DNA of 64,000 nt from Camelus ferus (GCF_009834535.1 NC_045696.1:13890001-13954000), one strand, 5' to 3'. Shown: positions 11,571-24,921, counted from the stretch's first letter. Program-made: numbers and translations. The notes: generated by a model not told the origin, from the letters alone.

Positions 11571-14479
11571 TTCAAATATATATATATATAGTGTTTCTTC
11601 TTAAACTCAGTTTAAATGGATTCACTCTTACAGCAGACAAACTAATATGCAAGTAAAAACCAAAACCCATTATATCTAAATGCTTACATATTTTAAGAAA
11701 TCATAGTGTAAAATCTCAGAAGATCCTCCAGGTGGAGAAACCAAAGTGGGGACCCAGACTGAGGCACCCTGAGGGTCAAGGGATCCCATTATCTGGAGGA
11801 CAGCATGGGAGCCCAGTCCCAGTTTGGGATGTCAGTTGGCTGATGGACAGGACAGCCCTGACCCCTCTGTTTTATGAATGGGCTTGATCCTCAGCCATTC
11901 TGTACCTAACATTGGATGAGCTAGCCTAGTTCTAGCTGCAGTTTGGAAGAAGAAGTTGCTGCTAACAATCACATTACCTACCAAAGAGGCTCGCCAGTCA
12001 GGAACCATGTGCCTAATAACCAGCGGGAACTTCGGACAGTATCATTCCTACACGGGGTCAGCATCTTGAAGGTAATGAGACTTCATTCTCTACTCATATT
12101 GGCAAGACTTTGAAGTTCGACAAGCAAAGATAACAACTTATGGTGCTCATTTGTTTTGCATGTCAGACCATCAATAAGCAATTTTCTTTTTGGCATTCCC
12201 AAAAGAATCATGATAGAGGCATGATTGATACTGTTACCCCCAAGAATAGGATCTGGTGGGCTAATGGGCACCAGGTGTAGCTCTGTGTTTCCATAGTCCT
12301 GTTTTCCTAACTTTTCAGTGGCTCCCATTGCACTGCAGTGATTTATAGAGATTTACACAAAGTGGTGTCAATGGCTAAGGACTCTTTTAAGGAAATTTTG
12401 CACATTTTTAGCCTGGTCTCCTCTCACTCAACATAGCAATCAGTGAAGATTTAGGCAAGAAAAAATATTAAATTAGTTGCAAGTAAGCTTTGGAACACAC
12501 ATTTATTTTCCTCCGTATTTGAAAAAACAATAGTTGTTTTGCATATACTTGAAGTAGAGATGCCTTTTGCATGCATTTTGGAATCTCAGTAATTAGCTCA
12601 GACCAAAGCCTATTCCATGCTCCTCCTGCTTGCCACAAGGAGATTAGTGTGTTAACACTAATTGTCAAATAGCTGGTAATCACATCATATATCAAAGGGA
12701 CAGAAAAACAGGTATGTCTGAGGTACAGTACCTTCAATACACTCAAAATCTAAAAGCTCCTACTTCACATTAGATAATTCTTATTTAAATTCCTCATAAT
12801 AGCACTATGAAGTAACCAGTGTTATTTTCACTGTTCAGGAAAAAAGTGTGGTAATACGTTAAGTGATGTGTTAAAAATTATTTTAACAAAAACCTCATAA
12901 AGCCAGAAGGTGAGACGCAGTCTCTCTGTCTCCAAATATGTCATGACCTAACCCTAACTTCTGTTATTAAGCCACAATATATATATAGCTAACAAACGCT
13001 GAGGACCCAATGCGTGACACGGATGAGTCGAACTTTCATTACTCAGCTCTTAAAACCTCTCAAAAATAGGATTAAAATGGAGAGGAGGAAAGTAATTTCC
13101 CAGGCAAAGTGCTAAACCACATCACAAAAGGCAGGGGGTAGGAAAGGAAAGGAAAAGCATTTTAGAATTCACATCACATTCTTTTCTTGTCTAGAATTTG
13201 AAAATGAAAAACTTGCCGCGAAGAATTCCATCTCGTGACTTCGGTAAACGCAGGCTTGCTGTACCGAGCATCCTCCCGGCGTGTTGACAATCGATTATGA
13301 GAACAGTTCCACGTCTCTCTCCCAGAATGAAGCCTGCATCTCCCGAGGATGTGCTCAATGTGGTTTGACTGTTTTTTCTGCTTTACCTCCTGCAATAAAT
13401 AGACCATCAAAAATCACCCTCAAATTGTGGAAGCTAAAGAAAGCATCTTTCAAATTTGGTTTATAAGCTGGAGAAGACGAGCAATCAATGACACCGCTTC
13501 ACCTTGCGGTATCCGTGGGACACACAGAGCGTTGTCCCCTGGAATCAGTTTTATAGTCGAGACATTAACCTCTGTGGTCATTTGCCCGGCAGGAAGAGTA
13601 AGCTGCTAGAAACATAGAATCAGCCACTATTCACTTCTTTTTATGATTAAGAGTGTGATAACAGCTTCCTCTTCAGTTACATGACTGGGGCTATTTTGCT
13701 GGTAAAATACCAAAAATAGGGTGTACATCAAAAAAATTTTAATTATTATCCTTTTGCAGAAATTCCATGAAAAAAGAGCAATAACTCATTACCTGGAGTA
13801 TGGATTTTAATTAAAATTAATTTTGGCTAAAAATGACAATATTACCTGGCTCCCAAAACTGAGGGAAACTCATGCTGTGTCCCTATCAACTTCATTGTGG
13901 AGAAGAGACAGATGGAGACAATAATTCTCTCCTCTTTTTTTTTTTTTAATTCACAATATGCTTAAGCATGAAAAAAAGAAAAAAAAACAACTCTGAAAGG
14001 GGAAGTAAAGCAAACCTCATTAACTTGGTTCGTCCAATATTCATTGTGTTAGTGTAAACTTTGTATCTAATCTATTAATATCACTTAAGAACAGTGATCC
14101 AAGAGCTAAACATTGGGAACTGGGGCTTTGGTCTTTTGGGATTGACAGGAGTGGAGAGAGCTTACTGACTCCATCAGGAAACAAAATGGAGATTGAAGGG
14201 GAATCTTACAAATTCTGAAATAGACATGTGTGGAACATAGAAAAAAAAAAAAAAAACTCTGGGCAATTTTTAATCCTGTGACTTTATTCACAACCCCCGT
14301 ATCCACCCCTAGCTGACTGAGAGGTTCCATACATCAGTGACAACCATGTATTGTCACTTTATCTGATAGACTTCAGCATGCCTAAATGATCCTTCCAGAA
14401 ACACCCATTATAAACCTTGTGATGCATCTTCCAATCAATAGTTGACTTATGCTGTCAACATACATTTAACTTTCATTAA

Positions 14480-14770
14480 ACCTTTTAAAAAATAATTATA
14501 GGCACACAGGAAGTTGTAGAAATAATCCATAGGGTTCCTTTAACCTTTATCCAGCTTCCTCCAAAAGTGACATCTGACCCGACCATATGGCAAGACCAAA
14601 GCCAGGAGACTGTCATCAGTGCAGTACTGTTAGCTGGACCACAGATCTCATTCAGTTCAACTAGTTTAAACATACACGCATTTGTGTGTGTGTAAGTGTA
14701 CAGTTCTTTATAATTATATTTCATGTATAGATTTCCTGTAACCACTGCCACAGATGAAGAACTGTTTCAT
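14480..14770 (-). mobile_element. Old L1 (L1MB/MC-type) 3' UTR fragment
   Basis: TATAGGCACACAGGAAGTTGTAGAAATAAT...CCAGCTTCCTCCAAAAGTGACATCT...AAAGCCAGGA...TGTAACCACTGCCACA. Confidence 0.65.
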
Positions 14771-16000
14771 TAATGGTTAGTTTTTTCATGTTAGAAAAAT
14801 TAAAAAGTATAATGAATCAGAAGTATGGATCACCAGTTTTGCCCTTTTACATTTAAGAATGTTATTTAATATGATTAAATCTGAGATTTAAAAAAAAATG
14901 AGTGAAGTTCATAGTTGTAGCACAATGATTGAAATGGGGTGAGGGGTGCAGCGGGGCAGGGAGAAAGATCAAGTTAAAATATCACTCCCCTATGTGATAA
15001 TCTTTTCCTCCAAATCACAAGCAGATGCAGTGTCATTAGAAAAGCGTAAATTGATAAACTAGGCAGACTAGATTCTTCCATGACACGGTGTGCATAATTT
15101 CTTTTCTTATTTTCTATATTAAAGAAATAATGATGTTCACATTGTTGCAGCACACGGATTACTGTGTTTCACGATGAAAATTAGATTTTACATTCCGTTG
15201 TCCGAAAAAAAAAATTATGAGACTTTGAAATAGGGTACATTGGATTCAAATACTTTGTGGCCCATCTAGCTTTCCTTTCAGGTTATCTCCACTTTGCATG
15301 GCTTTTGATCTACTGCATAATTCTATATGCTGTAGCAAACTGATAGTCATGCGAACGATTCTTGTCCATTAAAATAAAAATGGCTTCTGTCTAATGGAAT
15401 GCCATTGATTTATTTTTTCTCTGCATACAGTAACCACTTTGTATCGAGCTTTATAAATTCATTTCAGCATCTCGGATAGCCTATGTAAGTGTGTTTTTTG
15501 CATTCTCCTTTGAGTCAGTTGTAGCTTCTAAAGGGTGGTTCCTTCATTTATTAATGAGTTAAAGTATTTAATATGTGTGCTTTCTTATTTGTAAGAAGAT
15601 CATGATTTTACCTTTTTGAAAAGTTACCTGTTAACCCTATTAGATTTTACATTGCATTTTAAATGGTTTTCATCTGTTTTTCCCTTCCCAGATCACATAG
15701 AAGAGTTTAAACTATTATGAAGGAGTTTAGCAGCCCATCACTCACGTGCTCCTATTATCTTACTATTATCATATAATAAGGATAGGTCAGTAGTGTTGAA
15801 ACCTTAGAGACCACAGATTATCAAGGACCATCTCATTTTACATATAAGGAAGATGATATCCAAAAAAGTTAAGTGATATGTATAAGATCAAGATCTTGTT
15901 AGCAAGAAAACTAGCAATAGAACCTAATTCTCAACATATTTTTTGCTTACTTTATTTTCCTTTATATGGCACCATAAACAAGGGAGAATATTAAGAGATT

Positions 16001-16474
16001 TCTGGACCACAAAGCAAGCTTCAATAAACTTAAGAAAACTGAAATCATATCAAGCTTCTTTTCTGACCACATGCTATAAGGCTAGAAATCAACTACAAAA
16101 AAAAAAAAAGCTGCAAAAACACGAACACATGGAGGCTAAACAAAGCATGGAGGCTATGCTATAAAACAACCAGTGGATCACTGAAGACATCGAAGAGTTG
16201 AAAAATCAAAAAATTCCTATAGATAAATGAAAACAAAAACATGATAGTCCAAAACCTCTGGGACACAGCAAAAGCAGCTCTAAGAGGGAAGTTTATAGCG
16301 ATATAAGCTGACCTCAAGAAACAAGAAAAATCTCAAATAATCCTGTACATACAGCCAGAGGAAACTCTAATTCGAAAAGATACATGCACACCAATGTTCA
16401 TAGAAGCACTATTTACAGTAGTCAAGACAACAGAACAACCTAAATGTCCATCAACAGATGACTGGATAAAGAAG

Positions 16475-16545
<71 letters not shown>

Positions 16546-17017
16546 ATGGAATGTTACTCTGCCATGAAAAAATGAAACAATGCCATATGCAGTAACATGG
16601 ATAGACCTACAGATTATCATATTAAGTGAAATGAATCAGAGACAAATACCATATGATATAATTTATATGTGGAATTTAAAAAATGATACAAATGAACTTA
16701 TTTACAAAATAGAAATAGACTCACAGACATAGAAAACAAACTTATGGCTACCAAAGGAGAAAGGGGGGATGAAGTGGGAGGGATAAATTAGAAGTTTGGG
16801 ATTAACATATATATACTACTATGTATATAAAATAAATAATAAGGACCTACTTATAGTAAAAGGAGCTATATTCAATATTTTGTAACAACCTATAATGGAA
16901 AATAATCTGAAAAGAATATGTATATATTTATATATAACTGAATCAATCTGCTGTACACCTGACACTAACACAATATTGTAAATTAACTATACTTCAATTA
17001 AAAGAAGGTTAAAAAAT
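16001..17017 (+). mobile_element. L1 with a large internal ORF2 deletion; contains (TA)29(CA)5
   Basis: 16001-16340 encodes degraded post-endonuclease ORF2 (..LWDTAKAALRGKFIAI..LKKQEKSQI). It joins directly to the ORF2 C-terminus (KDTCTPMFIEALFTVVKT..QPKCPSTDDWIKK) and the 3' UTR ending CTATACTTCAATTAAAA. Confidence 0.85.
16478..16545. repeat. (TA)29(CA)5 microsatellite
   Basis: Read directly from the sequence. Confidence 0.95.
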
Positions 17018-17539
17018 CTAGTCTACCTATAGTAATTGTCTATGTAGCAACATTTTTATAAGTTCAAAATTTAGCGTGCATTTCACTGGAAAAGAAATAT
17101 TTCTTTAAAACTCAGAGCATCCAAAAGATACACCAGAACACACACACAAATGACAAATGGTAGAGTGCACAATTTCGGTGCCAATGAGTTAAATCTTCCA
17201 ATCTCCTTTTTCTCTGTTGTCTTCTACTTCCTTGTAAGGATCTACTATATTATAAATAAAATAAGCCTTGAAATAAAACATTACTACTAGATTTATTACT
17301 TTTTAATGGATTAGCCAAATAGAAGGGTTAATGGACAAAAAGGCTACTTTTCTCTAACGAGATGGTTCGTTGTCCTGTTATAATGGCTACCTTAGAACAA
17401 GCGCAGTTGGTCTGGGGGAGACCACAGTCCAGCAAGGGAATGTTCGTATTTGACAGTAGTTGATTGTGTAGGAAGGCTCTAACATCTCTAGAAGCTTGTG
17501 TGGTCTTTGCATGAAAAGTCTGATCATGCAGCAGTTTGA

Positions 17540-17989
17540 TGAGTAACCCACGTATAGAGACTGCTTGGTAAAACATACAAATAATTGCTAGAAGGAAGGT
17601 GGTTGGGTGGCTGAAACAGGGTTCACAACCCAGAAGTAGCAACTGTTGTGTCCCTAGACTGAAGACTCCAGGTCAGAAGTTTGGTAGGGACAGCAAAAGG
17701 CAACAGTTATTAAGTGGCATGCATGTGACAGTCAACATAGAGGGGGCTAGAGAGTAGGCATACAGGCAGGACCAGGACCAGGGCTGGGGGAGGGGAATGG
17801 AGAGCCTAAGGGGCAACACTGAAGGAGGCCACCACTGGGACTACCCTGAAGTGAGTACCCCCTTAGGAATGAGATGCTCCTGTAAACCAAGTTGATGGGA
17901 TGAGAATAAACACAGCAGGACACCAGGAAACTGGAAGATCCCGAAGGGAACAGTAGAGGGAATTCCCAGAGCAGCAGTATGTAAGGCAT
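17540..17989 (-). pseudogene. Highly degenerate KRTAP13/15-like pseudogene
   Basis: Minus strand CACCATGCCTTACATACTGCTGCTCTGGGAATTCC matches ATGTCCTACAACTGCTGCTCTGGAAACTTC with one extra base. SCCVYSHPINLVY matches SSCGSSYPSNLVY in another frame. Near 17590-17635, LGCEPCFSHPTTF matches the C-terminal LGYGSGFCHPTYF-type motif. Confidence 0.7.
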
Positions 17990-19624
17990 GGTGAGAGGGA
18001 TGATTTCCTGTTGAATAGCTGGGTAAGGTATTTTAAATGTGAGCAGTAACTCACATTCTCTTAGAGGGCAGTGCCTCCCGAGCAATAGACTGCATCCCTG
18101 AACTCTGCCCTGTGTGTGTTAGCATTGGATCAGACTACTAATTGCAACGGAATGAGTCCCCAGTCACAACAGCAAGCACATTGATTTTGTTACCCAAGAA
18201 AAATGTAAGCCCCTCAAGTCACTCTTGCATATTACATGTGATGGTTGTGTTTTTGTCATTGACATCTTGTCACCCCAGACACAATGCTCAGGTTTTCCCA
18301 GGCATCAGCACTGTTCCTACTTCTATTCATACACCTGTAGGGTTAGGCAATTACATTTTTAATTTTTGTGTAATCTCTTACCTCTTGCTGCCCACAATAA
18401 TAAAAAAAAAAAAGAACTTGTCATTTTTCTCCCCACATCATATTATTTCAAGAAACTGGGCAATTGCTTAAGCAGTTGCCTCATCCTGAAGCTCTGCTCA
18501 TACTCATCCTCTGCACCAGGATAATGGGAGAAAATTTGTCTCTCTCTCTAGTCATGAGCTAACTCTTGGAAGGCAAAAGTCATGGTCTTTTCTAAGTTCT
18601 CTAGTGCATTTTTCATAGAAGAACTCCAGTGCAAATTCAAAGCTCTAAAGTTATTTAGTGAGCTGAGTTCAGAAGAAAAAGCTGATGTCAGTGTGCTAAA
18701 GGGCATTAGAGTCGGGAGAGCTACGCTTATTCATAATGAGCAGCATGAGCTGGAGAGGAAAGTGCCCCGTGTCAGTCTGAGATTTTTCACTGCCATTGAT
18801 AGATCCCAGTCTCCTCTTACACTCTCTGTCACCATCATCCAAGTCAGTCACCCACCCAATGTTACCTGGTCCCTAGAGTGCGGATGTGGAGAAAAACAGA
18901 GTGTACGTAGGAGATGAACAATCAAAGGGAGAGAGAGGGAGAGGGAGAAAAAGAGAAAGGATAGATAAGAGAAGAAAAATGAGAAAATATATAGAAATAA
19001 GCAATGATGTGATACTAAGGAAAGATCGCAATGCAGAGAATGAAGACATGTACTTGGTACTCATCTTGTCTGATCCCTGAAATCTTCACAGATACTTTCA
19101 AAAGTTTAAATATTGGAGCTTTCTAATGTATGCATTTCCTCTCCCTCACTTTGCCTCCTTGTTTCAATTTTTGACCTCTCACCTCGAAGATTCCATTAGA
19201 ATGGGAAATCCTCAAGTCATCAAGTCATTCCAGAACTAGATTCTGTACGCCACTGGATATCGCCTCCTTCCATCTTGGATTGTTCTCAATTTTAAACATT
19301 TCTCTCTACTCCTCTTCCCTTGCTGGGCGTGGAGACTTCCTTGCTTGCAGTTAAAAGCTTTTAGTTCTATTAGATTTGCTGAATGTGTTTCCAGGACTAT
19401 CTCACCGTCTCTGCCATAATAACCCCTTTGAATTCATTCTCCCTTTGGTTTCTTTAGCCCACATGTTACTCACTTCACAGGACTTTAAGAAGAACTCTTG
19501 TTCAGTGCTAATGGCAGTCATTCAGACTCACAGGATCTTTTTTGTCTTACTAATAAAAATTTTATATGCCTGTTTACACCGAAGTCCATGAGTAATTCTG
19601 CACCTGTATGACACATCATGATTA

Positions 19625-19980
19625 ATTGTAACTCTTTGGATGTGAGTGACAGAAATCTTATTTTATTTTAATTAGTTTAAACAAGGAGAAGACTTTATTG
19701 GTTCATATAATCAGAGTGCATGGAGGGCTACAAAAGCTGGCTTAAAGGTGCTGGGAACCAGAGGCTTTTGTACCAGCAGGAACTTCTGTGTCCCTCTTCT
19801 CTATTTCTTTCTTTTCTGTCTCTTGAGCAGAATTCTGTGCACTGAGGGCCTTATTCCCACACCTTCCTGCTTAGCCCGTAACTGTCTCATATATATGAGG
19901 AAAAAGCCAATTTTTCTCAGATTCAACCAGGAAAAGCTTGAGGAAGAAGGAAGACAAATTAATAAACCCTCATAGCACAT
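19625..19980. mobile_element. Old ERVL-MaLR LTR (MLT1J/K-like)
   Basis: CTTTGGATGTGAGTGACAGAAA...TTTAAACAAGG...TTTATTGGTTCATATAA...GGCTT..GGTGCTGG. Confidence 0.5.
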
Positions 19981-20454
19981 GATTGGAGCAAATGATAATC
20001 TTTGAGAGTTACTCTCTCAGTCATGATCAGTTACTACTAAATATGTTATAAAAAAATTTTAACTGAATTCTAACTCTCCATTTAGCCTCTGAGACAAATA
20101 ATCTGCTCACATTAAAATGAACACAAAGTGTCCTGTTTCAGATCTGAATAGTATCTTACAAGAATGTATTTTCTACTTACTATCAGTTGAGCAGTGGATT
20201 CCAAGGATGCTGAAGCAAGTTATTAGATTCAGAGCATTGGAAGTAATCTAATTATTCCTCCAATTCAAAGCAGAAGTCACTAATCAAAAACAAAGAGGGC
20301 TTATGGATTTTCTACTTGTTGAGGAACTCAAAAACCTCAAAGAAATGTACCCAGATTATAATTATATAAATTTATAATTCATATATATATTTACAACCAG
20401 CCAACATGTTTCTACAACTCTTTTCCCATTACTCACAGTTTAAAATTTTTAGAT

Positions 20455-20502
20455 TCTTTCTCTGTCTCTGTCTCTCTCTCTCTCTGTCTCTCTCTCTCTC
20501 TC
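20455..20502. repeat. Imperfect (CT)n microsatellite
   Basis: Read directly from the sequence. Confidence 0.85.
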
Positions 20503-21027
20503 ACATACACACTTTATAATAATCCATTTCCCATGTATTTAAATACAACCATAATGTCCTCTAATCAGTGGTCTTCATAGTTTCTCTTTTTCTTACAAAA
20601 ACATCAGATTTATATAAATATTTTTATATAATATATTTTATAAATATTTCATCACCAAGTTGACATCTTCTGGACAAACTCTAACTTATACTGCTTTGAA
20701 AACATAAGATTAAAATCAAATATGGTTGTCAGCATAAGGTGTCCTCATTGAAAACACAATGAGAATGTTGACTGCATTATGAGCATACTGTCAAGAATAA
20801 AAATTCTACCAGCTTTGATTGTGGAAGACATGTACACCTGTTAGCTCTTAGGCAGTGGCTAGAGAGAACTTCCCATATACCAGTCCCAACACCACTTGCT
20901 GGGGAAATCTAAACCTATTCCCAGGGAAAGGACTCTGAGGGCCCAGAGCCCCAAAGATAGATGACAAATCAAACCCTTAAAATGAATGAAGAACAATGAG
21001 AACATATCAGATGCAAAGGTGAATGAG

Positions 21028-21033
21028 TTTATT
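21028..21033 (-). terminator. Polyadenylation signal AATAAA of the 21804 gene
   Basis: Minus strand CTAATAAACTCATTCAC..GCATCTGATATG parallels CTAATAAAATCATTTATTCTGGCTTCCAAATATG after the 36904 gene. Confidence 0.7.
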
Positions 21034-21304
21034 AGGTCAAACAAAAGAGAATTTCCACATATTTTATACAAATAATTTATGTAATTCTGAATTAACTATT
21101 TTAACAAAATTACAGACATTGAACCCAATACTTTGGTCATTCATTAATTTCACCATTTGAAAGAACTAGTCTGTCAGCCGGTGCTTGATGCCTGAGAAAG
21201 GGTGAAGAGCTGATGGTGAGATGGATTAGCTAACATTGCTGGAAAAGGCTATGATCGCAGTTCTAAGAAGAGACTGAAACATTTTGCTCAGAAGGTCTAG
21301 AAAC

Positions 21305-21804
21305 TCAACAAGCTGATTTACAGAAAGCTGATCTATAAACTGGCCTATAACAAGAAGGCTGGCAGCTCCTGGAAGCCAAACTTTTGTTGGAAGACAAAGT
21401 CTGGATCCATAGCTCAGGGAAGGGAAGACATGGGCTCCAAAACTCAGGGGTCTGAAGACACTGGATCCCCATCCCAATAAGGAGGAACTTCTGTATCAAT
21501 AGCCCAGGGAGCAGCAGCTTCTAGATCCAGAACCCAGGGAGAAGCCTCTGCTGGACCCGCAGCCCAGAGACCCAGCATAAGTTGTCTGGCAGGGACTGCG
21601 GAGCCTGGAGGTCCTCAGGCGGTAGCAGGATGTCTGGCAGGGGCTGGACACCACACAGGAGGGCTGGCAGGTGCTGCGAGAGTGGAGGTCAGTGGTGTAG
21701 ACCAGGTTGCTGGGGTAGGAAGAGCCACAGGAGGAGCCTGGGCAGCGCAGGTGGCCCCCAAGGGAGCGGGAGGAGAAGTTTCCAGAGCTGCCGTTGTAGG
21801 ACAT
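21305..21804 (-). pseudogene. KRTAP13-2: KRTAP13-2-like disabled gene: 102-aa open frame (21496-21804), nonsense codon, later frameshift
   Basis: KAP13 N-terminus. GGA>TGA at 21496-21498, after which the frame continues ..GSSVFRPLSFGAHVFPSLSYGSRLCLPT. One extra base near 21385 shifts to SLASRSCQPSCYRPVYRSAFCKSAC*, which matches the distinctive human KRTAP13-2 tail (recalled as CYRPAYGSTFCRSTC). TATATATA at about 21881-21888. Confidence 0.8.
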
Positions 21805-24748
21805 GGTGACAGGAGGTGTGAGCTCAGCTGAGTTACACTGAGGAGACTGAGTTTCAATGTCACGACCTGACCTTCTAGTGTATATATACTCTTAGACCTG
21901 GATGCGTCACTGTCCAGATGGATGCCTGCTCCTCCTTGCTCACCATTTTATACAAGCATACTTCTCTAGGTTATTGCTTAAGTCCAATTTATCACGTTTT
22001 CACATACTTTATTGTACTTGAATCACTCTGATACACTTGGAAAGAAACTACTCAGTTCCTTTCCCCAGGAATTTGCTATGATTTGACCTTCAAAATTAGG
22101 AGCCCTCACACTTCTAAATATCCTCCCCCTTTTCACTCATGTGTGCAGTGTGTCCTTGTCCTACCAGCGGGAGTGACATACTTTTCCTTCACGTCCATTA
22201 GGTATCACAAGCATCAGTTTTAGCATTTCAAAATAGCTTGTCTTTTTCTTCGCAAGCAAATTATAATGTATTTCTCCAAATGTTAACACCATTGATTAGT
22301 CTCACTAATCTATCCACTGAAACCTTTACTTTTTTCTATTTGAATTAATCCGTATAATTCTTGATAGCCATTAATTTAGCTTAATTAAATTGTGGATTCA
22401 TTGGCAAAGCTCTTATCCTGCCTTCTCTGTGATATGGTTGGCTTACTCATGTCTTGAGCTCATGATCAGAATTAAGGGGTGCAGACAGCATCCTTGGTGT
22501 TCAGGCCAATGGACTTTATTAAAATGAATAGAAGCTTAAAATGTTTCCTTAGAGGATGCTCTTTTAGGAAACAATAAATACAACTCGGAGTGAGACTTTG
22601 AATAGAAGTGTTTGCTAGACCTGAATCTCTCCATATATTTTCTGATATGCCTATCTTGTAGCAGGCATTATTCTCTGTTTATGCCCTAAACAAGTTCATA
22701 GTTTTTTTGTCTTGTTTTATTCTTTGATGGAAGGACAGAGTCTTAGTTGCAATTAATTATTTATACTTAAAATTTTAGGAATGGTTAACATTCTCTGAAA
22801 TAACTAACTTGAAATATTAGAGCTACATGGGTCCTTAAAATCCTCTGGTCAACCTACACATAAAAAATTGTCTCAGAGAGGTTCAACAGATTTCTTCTAA
22901 TTGCTCAGTAAGCTAGAAACAAAATTGAAGCCGAACCATGGTCTCCTTTTGCAGAGTCAAGATTCAAATACTCTGCAAAAATAAAAGCAAATTCAACTTT
23001 AAGTTGTCTCAGAAGAGAAGCTATTAAGTTTATTTATATGAAGATATAAATGCCTAATAAAGCCTTATTTACTTCTCCTAAGAATATTTGCATTGAATAG
23101 TGCTCACTAGTAGAATTCCATGCATCATTGGCCTTTATACATTTAAAGTATATCTTACTTTCTAGCCCAAGAAAGAGAAAAGAACCAGTGCAATCCATAC
23201 TTAGATTAATGAGGGGAAAAGAAAAGAAAAAGGGCTTTTTTTGTCTGGTATGTGCCCATTTGTCTTCTTTTGAATCTAACATTTTATTTGGTTTAACTAA
23301 GGGAAATGGCATTCACAATTGTCATTGAAGAGAGAGCTCCTTAACTACCTGAAAATTAAGTTGCTTTATTCCAAAGCACGCTGCTTCAGAGCACTTAGTT
23401 ACTTTGTTTTATGATTATCTCTCCCATGCAGAATCCAAAATGTGGCATGCATCACGTGAAGTGCCCTTGTGCAATACTTAAACCGTCACTCTGATTCACT
23501 GAAGTAAAATAAGCTATACTTTACGAGCGGATAGCTATTAAATTTACTAAAGATGTATGTGCCACCCCCAACACATGGGAATCCTTATAATGCCAGCCCT
23601 TAACTCCTTTAGCATGGGTAATACTTTTCTCTTCCTATTAATAGTTGATTCAGCTAAAATAAAAAAAAAAAAAAGATGTTCTAATATGCAGAAGTTCTTG
23701 CTTTTCCAGGCCAGCTCCCTGTGTCTGGGTATTAACACTAAAACAACTAGGGGATAAGTCATTTCCAATTAACATTCCCCCCAACTCATTCCTAAGTAGC
23801 TTAACATTTTTCATTAGAGTCATTGGTGCACTTTGTACAAATGCTAATGAATAACTCATAAATGCTAATAAATGTGTCCCTCTGAAAGGAAGAAAAAGCA
23901 AAGGAAAACTAGAATGGCTTGCACAGTTGAGAAGTGCATCCAGGAACTAATAAAGTACTCTGTGTGCTCTGTATACACAGGCAGTTTGTTTAAGAGGAAA
24001 AAAAAAAAAACCACTATCTGGATAAGTCAGAGGAAAAATGCAATATTGGAAAATCTTTTTTTTTTTTTTTTGAGAAATAGAGGAATACGGAAATACCAAC
24101 ATTACATAGAATAAAACAAACATTAGCGTGTCTACCAGCCACAAGGAGATTATGATCTGAATCACTTGAATAGTGATGGCTTTACCAGGTCACCGTATTA
24201 ATGCAGCTCAGTCTTAAAGATGATGATCCGTTTTGCAATGTGTTTTCAGAGTCTTTGACTGTCTTCCAAATTAGGCAAATACTAAGTAACAATAAAAAGA
24301 GCAGAAATCCACATGTTCCTACCTACCCCTTTATCCCTTCCTGTTCACTTTTCTTCTGTGGCCTTAAACCACCTTACCTAGACCTACAGGATCCTCGGAT
24401 TACCCCTTCCCCAAAGGTTCTCCTTCATAACAGCTATTCTTCACTAAGATTTTACTTTCCTAATTCTCTCACTCAGCAGATGATCTATCTGTTAAACATT
24501 ATTGCTAAGAATGAGTTAAAAGACCACTTCTCTGTAAGGAACTTGAGATAAACCGCTTGGCCCCTCTGCCCTGGCCTCTCTCCCAGGCACATGTGCAAGT
24601 CTATCCCGGGCGGCTGCTTTTCCAGAGATCATCCTGCCTCGTTGTTAGAGATTCTTCTTGAGACTGACACTCCTCTTGTACCACTGCTGCTTTTTCCTGC
24701 TTCAAATGGACCCATTTCCAGACTGCATCATTCATAACTTTTATTTTA

Positions 24749-24921
24749 TTAATTTTTTTTTCTTCCATTTATTGTGATATAATTGACATACAGCACTGTA
24801 TAGGGGGTGGGGGTGATTAGGATTTATTTATTTGTTTATTCTCAAAGGAGGTACTGGGGATTGAACCCAGAACCTTGTGCTTGCTGGGCACGCACTCTAC
24901 CACTGCACTATCTCCTGCCCC
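24749..24921 (-). mobile_element. Vic-1-like SINE fused to a short L1 3' terminus and poly-A
   Basis: Minus strand GGGGCAGGAGATAGTGCAGTGGTAGAG..GGTTCAATCCCCAGTACCTCC..CCTAATCACCCCCACCCCC, then TATACAGTGCTGTATGTCAATTATATCACAATAAA and an A tail. 16-bp TSD CATAACTTTTATTTTA at 24733-24748 and 24922-24937. Confidence 0.85.
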
